Shown: positions 19,020 through 28,229 of the stretch, one piece after another
Numbering within the stretch: the first letter of the stretch is position 1
Layout of the letters: each line of letters begins with the position of its first letter
Assembly (NCBI GenBank): GCA_016786765.1
Contig: JAEUUZ010000017.1
Location: forward strand, 104,077 to 168,076
Length of the DNA stretch: 64,000 bases
Source of the DNA: Chitinophagales bacterium
Lineage (GTDB): Bacteria; Bacteroidota; Bacteroidia; Chitinophagales; LD1
Reading direction: 5' to 3'
Position numbers and translations under genes: made by a program
The notes under the pieces: model-generated
Told to the model about the DNA's origin: nothing
What the model saw: the letters and a program-made list of their open reading frames with translations, nothing else
Databases searched by the model: none

Positions 19020-21539
19020 ATGAAATCTATTTTTACACTCCTAGCTTTGCTATTCGTGATGTTTTGCCCTGTTTTATCTTTTTCGCAGGGCTGGATAGGA
19101 ATTGGAAGTAATCAACTGAATGGTGTAAACCAAACTGGAACAAACTCTCCACTTTTTGTTGGTATTGGTATTGTTTCGCAACCCTCCGTCACCCTCACTA
19201 CAAGTGGAAGACTTCAGTTTAGAGCACTTACTCTTGATGTTACAAAAAACAACGTATTAGTTGTTGACCCAACTACTGGAGAAGTAAACTATAGACCTCT
19301 TCCTGCAGGACCAACAGGACCAACAGGTGCAACGGGAATCAAGGGTGCAACTGGAGCTACTGGCGCAAAAGGGAATACGGGTGCCACTGGCGCAAAAGGA
19401 AATACAGGTGCTACTGGAGTAAAAGGAAGTACAGGGTCAACGGGAATGGTTGGGAACACGGGTCCCACAGGACCTACTTGTACTTTGACGGCTGCTAATT
19501 TTGGTAGTTGTTCGGGTTCGGGGCCAGATGGGACTTTATCTCTTACAAGTTGTAACGGGATTATTACCACAGCACAAAAAGCATGGTTGACGAGTGGCAA
19601 TAATACCTCCTCATCTGATTATTTAGGCACTTACAATAATGATGATATTCGAATAGCAACTAACAACAATAATTGCAATTTCGATTTGCAAAGACAAAAA
19701 ATGATTATTGCCAAAGATGGCTCTGTAGGAATAGGAAACTATGATGGAACTAACCTACCTATTTATCCTCAAAATAGCCTACTGGTTCAAAGGGGAACAA
19801 ATAATATTGCTTTAGCTGGTGGGTCGATTTACAACGCAATTGGATCAGATTGGACTTTTATTGGCACAAACTCTAAAGGAGCAACAGGCTCAGCAAACAA
19901 TGGGATTTTTACTGCAACTTTGGATGATAACTCCACTAATAGTAGCCTCCAATCCGTTGCTATTGGAATAGGCTCTACCAACACCGCAGGTGCATTTGAG
20001 GCTAGTGGGGACAATGGTGCCACCAATAATGGGATTAATATTAGGGCAATTGGGGAAACAAGTACTAATACTGGTATTAATTTAAATGTAAATGGAGATG
20101 CTGGTACAAATGTTGGTGTGGATGGCAGTGTTGATGGAGTTACAAATAATGTCAATTTGGGAATTACAATGAATGTTACAGGGTCTAACAATAGAAATCA
20201 AGGCATCCAAGCCTTTGCTTCTGGCAATGCCCAACGCAATGTGGGTGTATTTGGAAGCGCTTGGGGTGGCACAATTTCAAATCATGGTGTGCAAGGAAAT
20301 GCAACAGGTGATGGAGTGGAAAATATAGGTGTAAGAGCATATGCTGTTGGTGGCAATGGTGCTGATAACAAAGGTTTGGAAGCTGGAGCTAGTGGAAACA
20401 ACTGTATGAATGCTGCTGTTAGAGTATGGGTAAATGGTGATAATAACCACAATTTTACCAATAGCTTTAACGCAGGTTTTCTTAGTTCAGTTGAAGGGAA
20501 TAACAGTAATAATGTTGCTGTTTACGGAACGATGATAGGAGCATCTGGTCACAATACTAGTAGTGACTGTTATGGCGTGATTGGATCGATTGGAATTGAC
20601 GAAGGTGAAATTCATGTAGGTGTAAAGGGGGAGGTAGTTAGTTATTTAGGCTCCACAGTAAATTATGGTGTATGGGGAGTGCAACCCGCAGGAACTGCAT
20701 CTCCTTCTTCTTCACCTCCTACATCTGGAACAAACGGTACTAATCCTGTGGCCTATGCTGGGTATTTTGAAGGAGATGTATTTTGTAGCAATACTTATTA
20801 TTATTCTGACCCCAAACTAAAACAAAATGTAAAAGAATATAATGGAGCATTGACCCAACTTAGAAAGTTAAACATCAAAAGTTACAACTTCAAAAATGAT
20901 ATTTATCCTGATATGAACTTGCCACAAGGGGATCAGATCGGTGTTTTATCTACAGAACTAAAAACAGTATTCCCAAGTTTGGTAAAACATAGCATGCATG
21001 TTTCATCAGAGAAAAAGGACAATAAATATGTTGAATTTGATGCAGTAAACTACAATGCTCTAATCCCTGTATTAATTCAAGCTGTAAAGGAGTTGGACTC
21101 AAAAAAGAATGAAAACAAACAATTGGAAGAAAAGGTGGCGAATTTGGAAAACAAATTATCACAACTAGCAGCCCTTGAATATAAATTGACACAATTAGAA
21201 AAGAATATAAACGAAATTTGCGATAGGGGCTGTGCAGGAAATAAGGGAATAACATCTACAAGCAACTCGTCTGATGTTAGCGCTCTTTTTCAAAATGTAC
21301 CCAATCCATTGGATAAAACCACAAGAATAGATTATTATATTGGCAGAGATGTGCAATCGTCATTTATTCTATTTTATAATTCGGAGGGTATTGAAATTAC
21401 AAAATTCGAGCATCTTTCTTCAGGCAGTGGAAGTATAACTTTAAATGCGGAAACATTAGCTGCGGGAACGTATTACTATACTCTTTTATGTAACGATAAA
21501 AAAGTGGATACTAAAACAATGATTATTATAGACAAATGA
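19020..21539 (+). CDS. secreted collagen-like / tail-fibre-like surface protein with T9SS C-terminal sorting domain
   Basis: 839 aa. Signal peptide '[24 protein letters not shown]'. 19 G-X-Y triplets. A long Asn/Gly-rich short-repeat region. A Peptidase_S74-type intramolecular chaperone segment ('[15 protein letters not shown]...' plus coiled coil). C-terminal '[19 protein letters not shown]...GTYYYTL...KTMIIIDK' is a T9SS type-A CTD. Confidence 0.85.
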   Translation: MKSIFTLLALLFVMFCPVLSFSQGWIGIGSNQLNGVNQTGTNSPLFVGIGIVSQPSVTLTTSGRLQFRALTLDVTKNNVLVVDPTTGEVNYRPLPAGPTGPTGATGIKGATGATGAKGNTGATGAKGNTGATGVKGSTGSTGMVGNTGPTGPTCTLTAANFGSCSGSGPDGTLSLTSCNGIITTAQKAWLTSGNNTSSSDYLGTYNNDDIRIATNNNNCNFDLQRQKMIIAKDGSVGIGNYDGTNLPIYPQNSLLVQRGTNNIALAGGSIYNAIGSDWTFIGTNSKGATGSANNGIFTATLDDNSTNSSLQSVAIGIGSTNTAGAFEASGDNGATNNGINIRAIGETSTNTGINLNVNGDAGTNVGVDGSVDGVTNNVNLGITMNVTGSNNRNQGIQAFASGNAQRNVGVFGSAWGGTISNHGVQGNATGDGVENIGVRAYAVGGNGADNKGLEAGASGNNCMNAAVRVWVNGDNNHNFTNSFNAGFLSSVEGNNSNNVAVYGTMIGASGHNTSSDCYGVIGSIGIDEGEIHVGVKGEVVSYLGSTVNYGVWGVQPAGTASPSSSPPTSGTNGTNPVAYAGYFEGDVFCSNTYYYSDPKLKQNVKEYNGALTQLRKLNIKSYNFKNDIYPDMNLPQGDQIGVLSTELKTVFPSLVKHSMHVSSEKKDNKYVEFDAVNYNALIPVLIQAVKELDSKKNENKQLEEKVANLENKLSQLAALEYKLTQLEKNINEICDRGCAGNKGITSTSNSSDVSALFQNVPNPLDKTTRIDYYIGRDVQSSFILFYNSEGIEITKFEHLSSGSGSITLNAETLAAGTYYYTLLCNDKKVDTKTMIIIDK
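19308..19478 (+). repeat. collagen-like (Gly-X-Y)x19 coding repeat
   Basis: 171 nt with 9-nt periodicity encoding [58 protein letters not shown] near-perfect 18-nt unit 'actggcgcaaaagg[ga]aatac[ga]ggtgc' is duplicated. Confidence 0.95.
20805..21224 (+). other. intramolecular-chaperone (Peptidase_S74-like) autoproteolysis domain within 19020-21539
   Basis: 'S596-D-P-K-L-K601' has the Ser/Lys spacing of the endosialidase/tail-spike IMC dyad. It is followed by '[16 protein letters not shown]', '[17 protein letters not shown]' and a heptad coiled coil '[30 protein letters not shown]'. Confidence 0.65.
21282..21536 (+). other. T9SS type-A C-terminal sorting domain within 19020-21539
   Basis: The last ~85 aa contain 'LFQNVPNP', '[20 protein letters not shown]' and a terminal '[10 protein letters not shown]'. 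This is the typical Por secretion tail pattern of Bacteroidota. Confidence 0.8.
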
Positions 21540-21648
21540 AAACTGATATCTTTATGGATTTTTAAAGGCATTAGAATACACAATCTTTAGCAGAAGTGAG
21601 TTTCAGAAACTGTTGACTTAATTAATAACTCACGTTTTCAAAGTCAAA

Positions 21649-23292
21649 ATGTTTATACTAAACAAACACAGTCTAATGTCAAAGTACAACTACCTATCAG
21701 TGGTTGTTGCTCTAGTTTTGATTTTACCAACAATAGTATGGATAGTTCTAGACCATGGCGTTTGGCGAGGCGACCCAGTGGGTTATGCAATAACTGCCTT
21801 AATGCTTCACAAGCAATGGGGTTTAGGGTTTCAGGCATGGTTAGGAACCATGTTCAATGGTTACAAGGGCCCAGGTATATATTGGTTAGGGCAGTGTATG
21901 GTTCCTGTTGGGCAGTTATTGGGTAATTTAAATTTTGCCTTTTTACTTATCCCTGTAGGTGCACTTTTTTTATCAATACACTATTTATATAAAAGTTTTG
22001 TGTTATTGCATCAAAGCAAATTAGTTGCATTTTGCGGTTGCTTAATACTTGTGGCTTCTCCACTGCTGAACGGATTAGTTACGGGATTTTGGATTGAGCC
22101 GCTTCAAGTTGCTATTGTATCGTGGTTTATTTATGCCACATGCAAAGCCAAAGATTGGGGCGTAGATGTTACGATTGCAAAACTCCTAATAGCATTTTCG
22201 TTGGCGTTACTTGTTAAAGCATCTTCTCCTCTGTATATCTTGGGATCTGCCGCTACGATTTCTTACGTTATACTAAAGCAATGGTCTACGTTGCAAGTAA
22301 ATCGAAAATTTTTTTTCCTTTTATTTATTGCATTTATAGTAGTATTTCCTACAGTTGTTTTCTATATCTATAATTATGAAGCTATATTGCGTTTCGCTCA
22401 TTTTGCATCAACAAGTCCCTTGTTCAGCTCTAATATTCCTCGTTTTGATCTTTGGCAACAAAATGTTAGCAGCCAATTATTTCAAGAACCAAGCTTTTTT
22501 TTGTCGGTAGTTGTTTTTTTTTCAGGGATTATACTTACACTGAACCGAAAACAATACAATCGTTTAACTGGAATATTTTTACTTTCTGTTTTTCAAATCG
22601 CACTTTTTTTTGCTGCATGGCAAAGTTCATCAAATGTTGATTCGCGTTACTTTGCACCGGCTTTACCCTATTTTTCAGCACTGGTTTGCTGGGCATTGAC
22701 TGCTATCAATGTACGTTTGGTTACAATCATCACAACATGCGTGTTTTTGTTGCAATTTTTTTTGATTACAGGATGTTCGTTTGTTAGTTTATCCCCGTCT
22801 TCTTCATATGGCAATACTCGACCATTCACGGTTAGTCCCGATAACGATATGCGTGTAATACAAGGTGTTCTATCCCTTATTACCCGCGATTCCGCAGTTA
22901 TAGTTGATTTAAGTCCGGAATTGGGTGTGGCAGAAATTCAATATGAGTTAGCAAAAAACAACATAAACGGAAATTGGCAGAACAGTTGCAAAGATATTGG
23001 TATGTTTTTCAACTATAACCATCAAGAGATAGATACATCAACCATTCAAATTGACAGCGTAGTAAATGCCATTCGTAGCTATCATCCCGATTATTATATT
23101 ACTTGGGATTCTAGACGAATGCCAGACATGGTAAAAACAGAGATGCAGCGCATTGACAGGTATAATGCAGTAACAATTCCTGCCCGATGGGCAATTGCCG
23201 AAAAACTTGCCGCTAGCCAGGAATACAGAATTGTTAATTTCCCTAATCAGCCCAAAGTACTAGTGTTTAAACGCATCGAGCCTCGCAAGTAG
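21649..23292 (+). CDS. polytopic membrane protein, GT-C-like candidate
   Basis: 547 aa with about 11 TM helices followed by a soluble C-terminal domain of about 150 aa. It lies directly downstream of the collagen-like gene. No firm motif; the call rests on topology only. Confidence 0.4.
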   Translation: MFILNKHSLMSKYNYLSVVVALVLILPTIVWIVLDHGVWRGDPVGYAITALMLHKQWGLGFQAWLGTMFNGYKGPGIYWLGQCMVPVGQLLGNLNFAFLLIPVGALFLSIHYLYKSFVLLHQSKLVAFCGCLILVASPLLNGLVTGFWIEPLQVAIVSWFIYATCKAKDWGVDVTIAKLLIAFSLALLVKASSPLYILGSAATISYVILKQWSTLQVNRKFFFLLFIAFIVVFPTVVFYIYNYEAILRFAHFASTSPLFSSNIPRFDLWQQNVSSQLFQEPSFFLSVVVFFSGIILTLNRKQYNRLTGIFLLSVFQIALFFAAWQSSSNVDSRYFAPALPYFSALVCWALTAINVRLVTIITTCVFLLQFFLITGCSFVSLSPSSSYGNTRPFTVSPDNDMRVIQGVLSLITRDSAVIVDLSPELGVAEIQYELAKNNINGNWQNSCKDIGMFFNYNHQEIDTSTIQIDSVVNAIRSYHPDYYITWDSRRMPDMVKTEMQRIDRYNAVTIPARWAIAEKLAASQEYRIVNFPNQPKVLVFKRIEPRK

Positions 23293-23375
23293 CGAAGTTT
23301 TTCTAATATTAGTACTTCTTTTTAGTCATGAAAAATCATCAAATTTCAATATATTACCTTCCGAAAACAGCATAA

Positions 23376-25232
23376 ATGAAAATTGTTTTAGCCTTGGCAC
23401 CTGTATGGGATTCGGTAACACCGCATCTGGCGCTTGCCTTTTTAAAAGCTAGCGTTGAAAAGGCGGGGCACGAATGTAGGTGTATCGATTTCTCCATTCA
23501 GTTTCGGCCGATAATGGTATCGGTGCTTGGAGATGTGAATGCCGATAAACATATCCGCGAGAATCCAAAACTTCCTCAAGGTTGGGCAAAGCAAATTTGT
23601 GATGAAAAACCGGATATTGTTGGGTTTAGTATTCTAGGGTCTAACATTTCGAATACCGCGTTAGTTGCGCGGGAGGTGAAAAAAATATTACCTAATGTGA
23701 TGATTGTATCTGGAGGGCCAAGCCTTACGCGCGAGAACAAGGAAAGCATAATCACCAGTTTACAGTTTTCAGATTATGTAATTGAAGGGGAAGGGGAAAT
23801 TGCTTTGGTCGATTTCATTAACTGCTACGAACAAAAAGGAGATTTCACTAAACTAAAACAAGTATGGATGCGTGATCGGCAGAGTGGTTTATACTACACC
23901 GGACATACAGCGCTACAAAATATTGATGCCATACCCTATCCCGATTTTACCGATTTTGACCGAAAACTCTATCCTTCACCGGAAAAACTTCCGCTTCTGT
24001 TTTCGCGTGGCTGTATTTTGAATTGTAACTATTGCGAGAATAAATGGAATCACCTCACCCAGCGTTCCCGTACCGGGAAAAATGTTTTTGATGAACTAAA
24101 GCATCACGTAAAAAAATACGGTATCAAAGAATACATGTTTAACGATGATTCGCTGATTTCTTCCAAAACATTGCGACAAATGGATGATTATGCCGATCTG
24201 GTTTTGGCCGAAGGGTTGGTGATGCCCTGGAGCGTTTATGGAACAAGAGTAGAGCGATTAATCACGGAAGAATTTACGAATAAGTTGCGCAAAACAGGCA
24301 TGGAAAGACTTTCGTTAGGGGTAGAAAGTTTTTCATCACGGGTACAAAAAGAAATGGGAAAATCTTCACGTTATGATGATGCCGATCGAATGTGCAAGAT
24401 GTTTGCTAATGCAGGTATTAAAACGGAGTCGTGGATTATTTATGGTTATCCAACCGAAACTGATGCCGATTTCGAAGAAACATTAAACTGGTTTATTCAA
24501 AATCCGAATGTGCTCAGCCACGTTACTGCCAATGCTTTTGGACCGAATGCAAAATATATGCACGATCGTCCGGGTGTTGTTACGAATGAAACAAATACAC
24601 ACTGGGGCTGGACAGGTTTAGAGAGTACTTTACAAAAAAGAAAGAAGCGGTTCCTTCAGTTAATTGAAGTGTTGGAGTCGATTCGTGTTGCCCGAAAAGG
24701 CGCATTTACCTATTATTTTGGCGATCCTTTGTATGTGAAATATTTTAAATCGTGGACATTGCGCGACAAAGAATACCTGCTTAAAAACTGGGAGCGACTC
24801 GAAAATATATACAACGATGAGCCTGCTGCAAAACCTTCTGCAATAAAGAAGATATTTAGTTTCATTGGTTTGAAGAGTGTTGATCAGGAACTGAAAAAAT
24901 CTGCAGAGAAAGCTGTGATTCCGGAGAAGCTTGAGGTAGGTGATTTAGAACAAATGAAAGAAAAACTCAGTAAGCGAATCGAGAAAGTTTTGTTACAAAA
25001 CAAAGCACTGTCTGTTGCTGATGTGCAGGCGAAAAGAGATTTTTATATGCGCTACATCGATGAGGTAAAGATACACTTAAACGATAATGTGACCGAAGAG
25101 ATATTGTATTCGTTAACCTTAAAAGGGGATGTGGAACGGATGATAGAAGACATCGACACCCATGCTCCTGAATATTTAGCACAACGTGTAGTGGAACATG
25201 CAGGGAAGTTCATTATCCAGCCGGTAGCATAA
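23376..25232 (+). CDS. B12-binding-domain radical SAM enzyme (class B-like) with helical C-terminal extension
   Basis: 618 aa. N-terminal Rossmann-like region ('MKIVLALAPVWD', 'DIVGFSILGSN', 'VSGGPS'). Core 'FSRGCILNCNYCEN' (CX3CX2C). A C-terminal charged helical tail of about 130 aa. Confidence 0.8.
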   Translation: MKIVLALAPVWDSVTPHLALAFLKASVEKAGHECRCIDFSIQFRPIMVSVLGDVNADKHIRENPKLPQGWAKQICDEKPDIVGFSILGSNISNTALVAREVKKILPNVMIVSGGPSLTRENKESIITSLQFSDYVIEGEGEIALVDFINCYEQKGDFTKLKQVWMRDRQSGLYYTGHTALQNIDAIPYPDFTDFDRKLYPSPEKLPLLFSRGCILNCNYCENKWNHLTQRSRTGKNVFDELKHHVKKYGIKEYMFNDDSLISSKTLRQMDDYADLVLAEGLVMPWSVYGTRVERLITEEFTNKLRKTGMERLSLGVESFSSRVQKEMGKSSRYDDADRMCKMFANAGIKTESWIIYGYPTETDADFEETLNWFIQNPNVLSHVTANAFGPNAKYMHDRPGVVTNETNTHWGWTGLESTLQKRKKRFLQLIEVLESIRVARKGAFTYYFGDPLYVKYFKSWTLRDKEYLLKNWERLENIYNDEPAAKPSAIKKIFSFIGLKSVDQELKKSAEKAVIPEKLEVGDLEQMKEKLSKRIEKVLLQNKALSVADVQAKRDFYMRYIDEVKIHLNDNVTEEILYSLTLKGDVERMIEDIDTHAPEYLAQRVVEHAGKFIIQPVA

Positions 25233-25272
25233 AAAAACAAATGTTTCGGCTAAGCCGATACAAAAAAATGAT

Positions 25273-26781
25273 ATGATTAATATTATAGAATCCATAAAGA
25301 CACGCTTTCAGCAAGAGGCCCGATATCGCGAGGCGGAAAGCAAAGGCTTTAAGCCCTTGAACAAAGGACTCTATAAGAAATACAACAGTTTTCGGCCTGA
25401 AGGCGGAAAGCCCATATTTTGTTATTTACCCTACAACAGTCTAACCTTCTCTTTTACAGGAAAAGTTTTTGTGTGTGGTTATAATCGAGAAATTCTCTTA
25501 GGTAAGTATCCCCAAAATACTATCGATGAAATTTGGAATGGATCCAATGCTAAGAAGTTACGCGAACACATGTCGCATAACGATCTGGAATTTGGATGCC
25601 AACATTGCAAATATTTCTTCGACAAAGAAAAGTTCACTAATCTTCGTCCGCTAGTTTTTGACAAGTACTATAACAATACAGAAGCCCTATTCCCAAAGGT
25701 ATTCGAGTTTGAATTGAGTAACGAATGTAATTTGGAATGTCAAATGTGTCAAGGTGAAGTATCGTCTAGCATTCGTAAGAATAAAGACAAGTTACCTCCC
25801 ATTCCAATGGTGTATGATGATGCGTTTGTGGAGCAATTAGCTAAATATATACCCCATCTGAAAGAAGCAAAGTTTTATGGTGGAGAGCCTTTCTTGATAC
25901 CGATTTATTATAAAATCTGGGAGAAAGTTAGGGAACTCAATCCATCACTGGAGCTGTTTCTTATCACAAACGGAATGCACTGGAACAGTAAAATCGAGAA
26001 ATTAGTCACCGAACTGAACTTTGATTTGGCCGTGTCTATAGATGCCATGGATAAAGAGAAGTTGGAGCGCATTCGAAAAAATGTAGTGCACGAAAAGCTG
26101 CTCGATAACATTAAACGGTTCAGCGATATTTGCACTAAAAAGGGTAAGCATCTTTCGTTGAGTTTTACGGTACAGAAAGACAATTGGGATCAACTTCCAT
26201 TGGTGATTAAGCATTGCAACGAGGTGAACGCCTTTATTTATGTAAGTTATTTGGAACGCCCTATTCATTACTCGCTTACAGACATGAGCAAAGCTGAGTT
26301 GAAAGAAGTGAGAGCATATATGGAAAAGTTTAACTTCCCGATTTTTACACAAAAGGAAAGACACAACAAAAAATGTTTTGAAGACTTCAAGCATTTTCTC
26401 GACACATATATCAACAACGAAGAAGAAACACGTTATCACGAGTATCGTTTCGATAGCGAAAAGTTGTTTGAAGAAATGCCGGAAGTAAAACAACAGGTAT
26501 TGCCCGAAATTAGCCTTATCAGTGAATCGCAGTGGTTAGAGTGGGTTGATAAATCTTACCAAAAACAAGAATCATATGCCTTGTTGGTGCCTAAAGAAAT
26601 TTTTATCCGAAAGATTAATGCTGTGATGGAACAGTTCAGCGATAACGATCGACAGTATCTTAAGAGTACTATGGTAGGGACATCTTTCGATCAGATTTTA
26701 GAAAGTGTAAAACATTTTTCGGAAGAGGAATTAAGACGTCTCAGTTTACAACAACTCAATCGAATAAGAGCCGGAGTGTAA
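25273..26781 (+). CDS. radical SAM enzyme with N-terminal twitch/SPASM-like motif (paralogue 1 of 3)
   Basis: 502 aa. 'CYLPYNSLTFSFTGKVFVC' (C-x12-G-x4-C) and 'CQHC' precede the core 'SNECNLECQMC', then 'KNKDKLPPI' and 'YGGEPFL'. It has a divergent helical C-terminal tail. Its stop shares 1 nt with the next start (TAATG). Confidence 0.8.
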   Translation: MINIIESIKTRFQQEARYREAESKGFKPLNKGLYKKYNSFRPEGGKPIFCYLPYNSLTFSFTGKVFVCGYNREILLGKYPQNTIDEIWNGSNAKKLREHMSHNDLEFGCQHCKYFFDKEKFTNLRPLVFDKYYNNTEALFPKVFEFELSNECNLECQMCQGEVSSSIRKNKDKLPPIPMVYDDAFVEQLAKYIPHLKEAKFYGGEPFLIPIYYKIWEKVRELNPSLELFLITNGMHWNSKIEKLVTELNFDLAVSIDAMDKEKLERIRKNVVHEKLLDNIKRFSDICTKKGKHLSLSFTVQKDNWDQLPLVIKHCNEVNAFIYVSYLERPIHYSLTDMSKAELKEVRAYMEKFNFPIFTQKERHNKKCFEDFKHFLDTYINNEEETRYHEYRFDSEKLFEEMPEVKQQVLPEISLISESQWLEWVDKSYQKQESYALLVPKEIFIRKINAVMEQFSDNDRQYLKSTMVGTSFDQILESVKHFSEEELRRLSLQQLNRIRAGV

Positions 26782-28229
26782 TGATGAAAACAGCAATTCT
26801 CAAATTTATCAATCGATTTACGAGTAAACCTTCAGGCGTAGAGTTGGCCAGTGATGTGATTGCGGACTATACAGCCTCTAGAGGTAAGTTAGACAACACC
26901 TATATTTGTCACGCTCCTTTTAGTAACATGTATTTCAACGTGCATGGCGATTGTGCACCATGTTGGTTAACCTTTATTGATCCAGATTCTTATAAAGAAA
27001 AGTCGATTCGCGAGATTTGGTTTGGTGAAAAATATCAAACCTTACGCGAAAAATTACTGAAGTACGATTTAACGTTTCGATGCAGTGTTTGTTTGAAAAA
27101 TCTACAAAGTGGCAACTTCACTTCAGTGTTGGCTAAAGCTTACGATGTGAACCCTATACAGCAATATCCGAGCATGATGGAGCTGGAGATCGAAAACACC
27201 TGTAACCTAGAGTGTGTGATGTGTATTGGTGAACTATCATCGGCCATTCGCAAGAACAGAGAGAAGTTGCCTCCTATCAAAAGTCCATATAACGATGCTT
27301 TTGTAGAGCAACTGGAAGAGTTTATTCCGCACTTAAAAGAGTTGCGCTTCAATGGAGGAGAGCCTTTTTTGATCAACGCTGTTTTCCGGATTTTTGAAAA
27401 AGTGGAAAAACTAAATCCCAAACTTAAGATTGTAATTGCTACCAATGGAACGGTATGGAACTACAAAGTGCGCGAGTGGTTGGACAAATTGAATATTCAC
27501 ATCAATTTTTCTTTGGATTCGCTCACACCCGAAATTTATGAAGCCATTCGTGTAAACGCGCACTTCGATCGTGTGATGGAACATTTCTTGCATTTCAGAA
27601 AATACTGTTTCGACAATAAACGGACCATGTGTTTAATGGTGAATCCTATGCGCAACAATTGGCATGAAATGCCTAATTTTATTCGCTTTGTAAATAAGCA
27701 CAACATTAATATTTGGTTTAATACCATTCATCGCCCGGAAGAATGGTCGATTTGGGCATTGCCATCCGCTACGCTTACGGAAGTCTATCAACAATTGAGT
27801 GCCGTTGTGTTTGAGAAAGAAGATAGAGCAGGCTCTTTGTCGGCTTACAATATCAGTATTTACAATAATCTGGTGAATGTTCAGATAAAGAATTGGTTGA
27901 AGGAAGCCATTGAGCGCGAAGAACGTGAAGCCACGAAAACACCTATTGAATTGGAAGAAGACGCGCAAGTGTTTTTTGAAAATGCACTACACGATTATAT
28001 CTATGTCAACTTCAATGAAGGCGAAGAACAGAAAATATATCGCTACAAAACGGTAATCGAGAAAACAAATGCCATTGTAGAGCGCATTAAAGCTAGTCAG
28101 GCAGATTTTGAGTTCTATAAGATTGTAAAGGATGTGCCTACCGATGTGTATTACAAGCAAATGGAATCGCGCAGTGTAAATGATTTACTGGACGAATTTC
28201 AACAGCGGTTTAAGAAACCTACACTCTAG
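26781..28229 (+). CDS. radical SAM enzyme with N-terminal twitch/SPASM-like motif (paralogue 2 of 3)
   Basis: 482 aa with 'CHAPFSNMYFNVHGDCAPC', 'CSVC', core 'ENTCNLECVMC', 'KNREKLPPI' and 'NGGEPFL'. Confidence 0.8.
   Translation: MMKTAILKFINRFTSKPSGVELASDVIADYTASRGKLDNTYICHAPFSNMYFNVHGDCAPCWLTFIDPDSYKEKSIREIWFGEKYQTLREKLLKYDLTFRCSVCLKNLQSGNFTSVLAKAYDVNPIQQYPSMMELEIENTCNLECVMCIGELSSAIRKNREKLPPIKSPYNDAFVEQLEEFIPHLKELRFNGGEPFLINAVFRIFEKVEKLNPKLKIVIATNGTVWNYKVREWLDKLNIHINFSLDSLTPEIYEAIRVNAHFDRVMEHFLHFRKYCFDNKRTMCLMVNPMRNNWHEMPNFIRFVNKHNINIWFNTIHRPEEWSIWALPSATLTEVYQQLSAVVFEKEDRAGSLSAYNISIYNNLVNVQIKNWLKEAIEREEREATKTPIELEEDAQVFFENALHDYIYVNFNEGEEQKIYRYKTVIEKTNAIVERIKASQADFEFYKIVKDVPTDVYYKQMESRSVNDLLDEFQQRFKKPTL

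Noticed and set aside
19289-19600. 103-aa antisense ORF rich in '[14 protein letters not shown]' repeats
   Set aside because: It is the reverse-strand reading of the (Gly-X-Y)19 collagen-like repeat in 19020-21539. The sense gene has a signal peptide, recognisable domains and a T9SS CTD, so the antisense ORF is a repeat-generated shadow.
21596-21638. Hairpin GTGAGTT-N24-AACTCAC followed by GTTTT after the collagen-like gene
   Set aside because: The 24-nt loop and short T-run make it thermodynamically doubtful, and it also overlaps the likely promoter of 21649.
26002-26493. 163-aa antisense ORF inside the rSAM gene 25273-26781 (also 25908-26183, 27140-27445, 27633-27968)
   Set aside because: It has no motifs and lies fully within well-supported sense genes. 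It is a typical stop-poor shadow frame.
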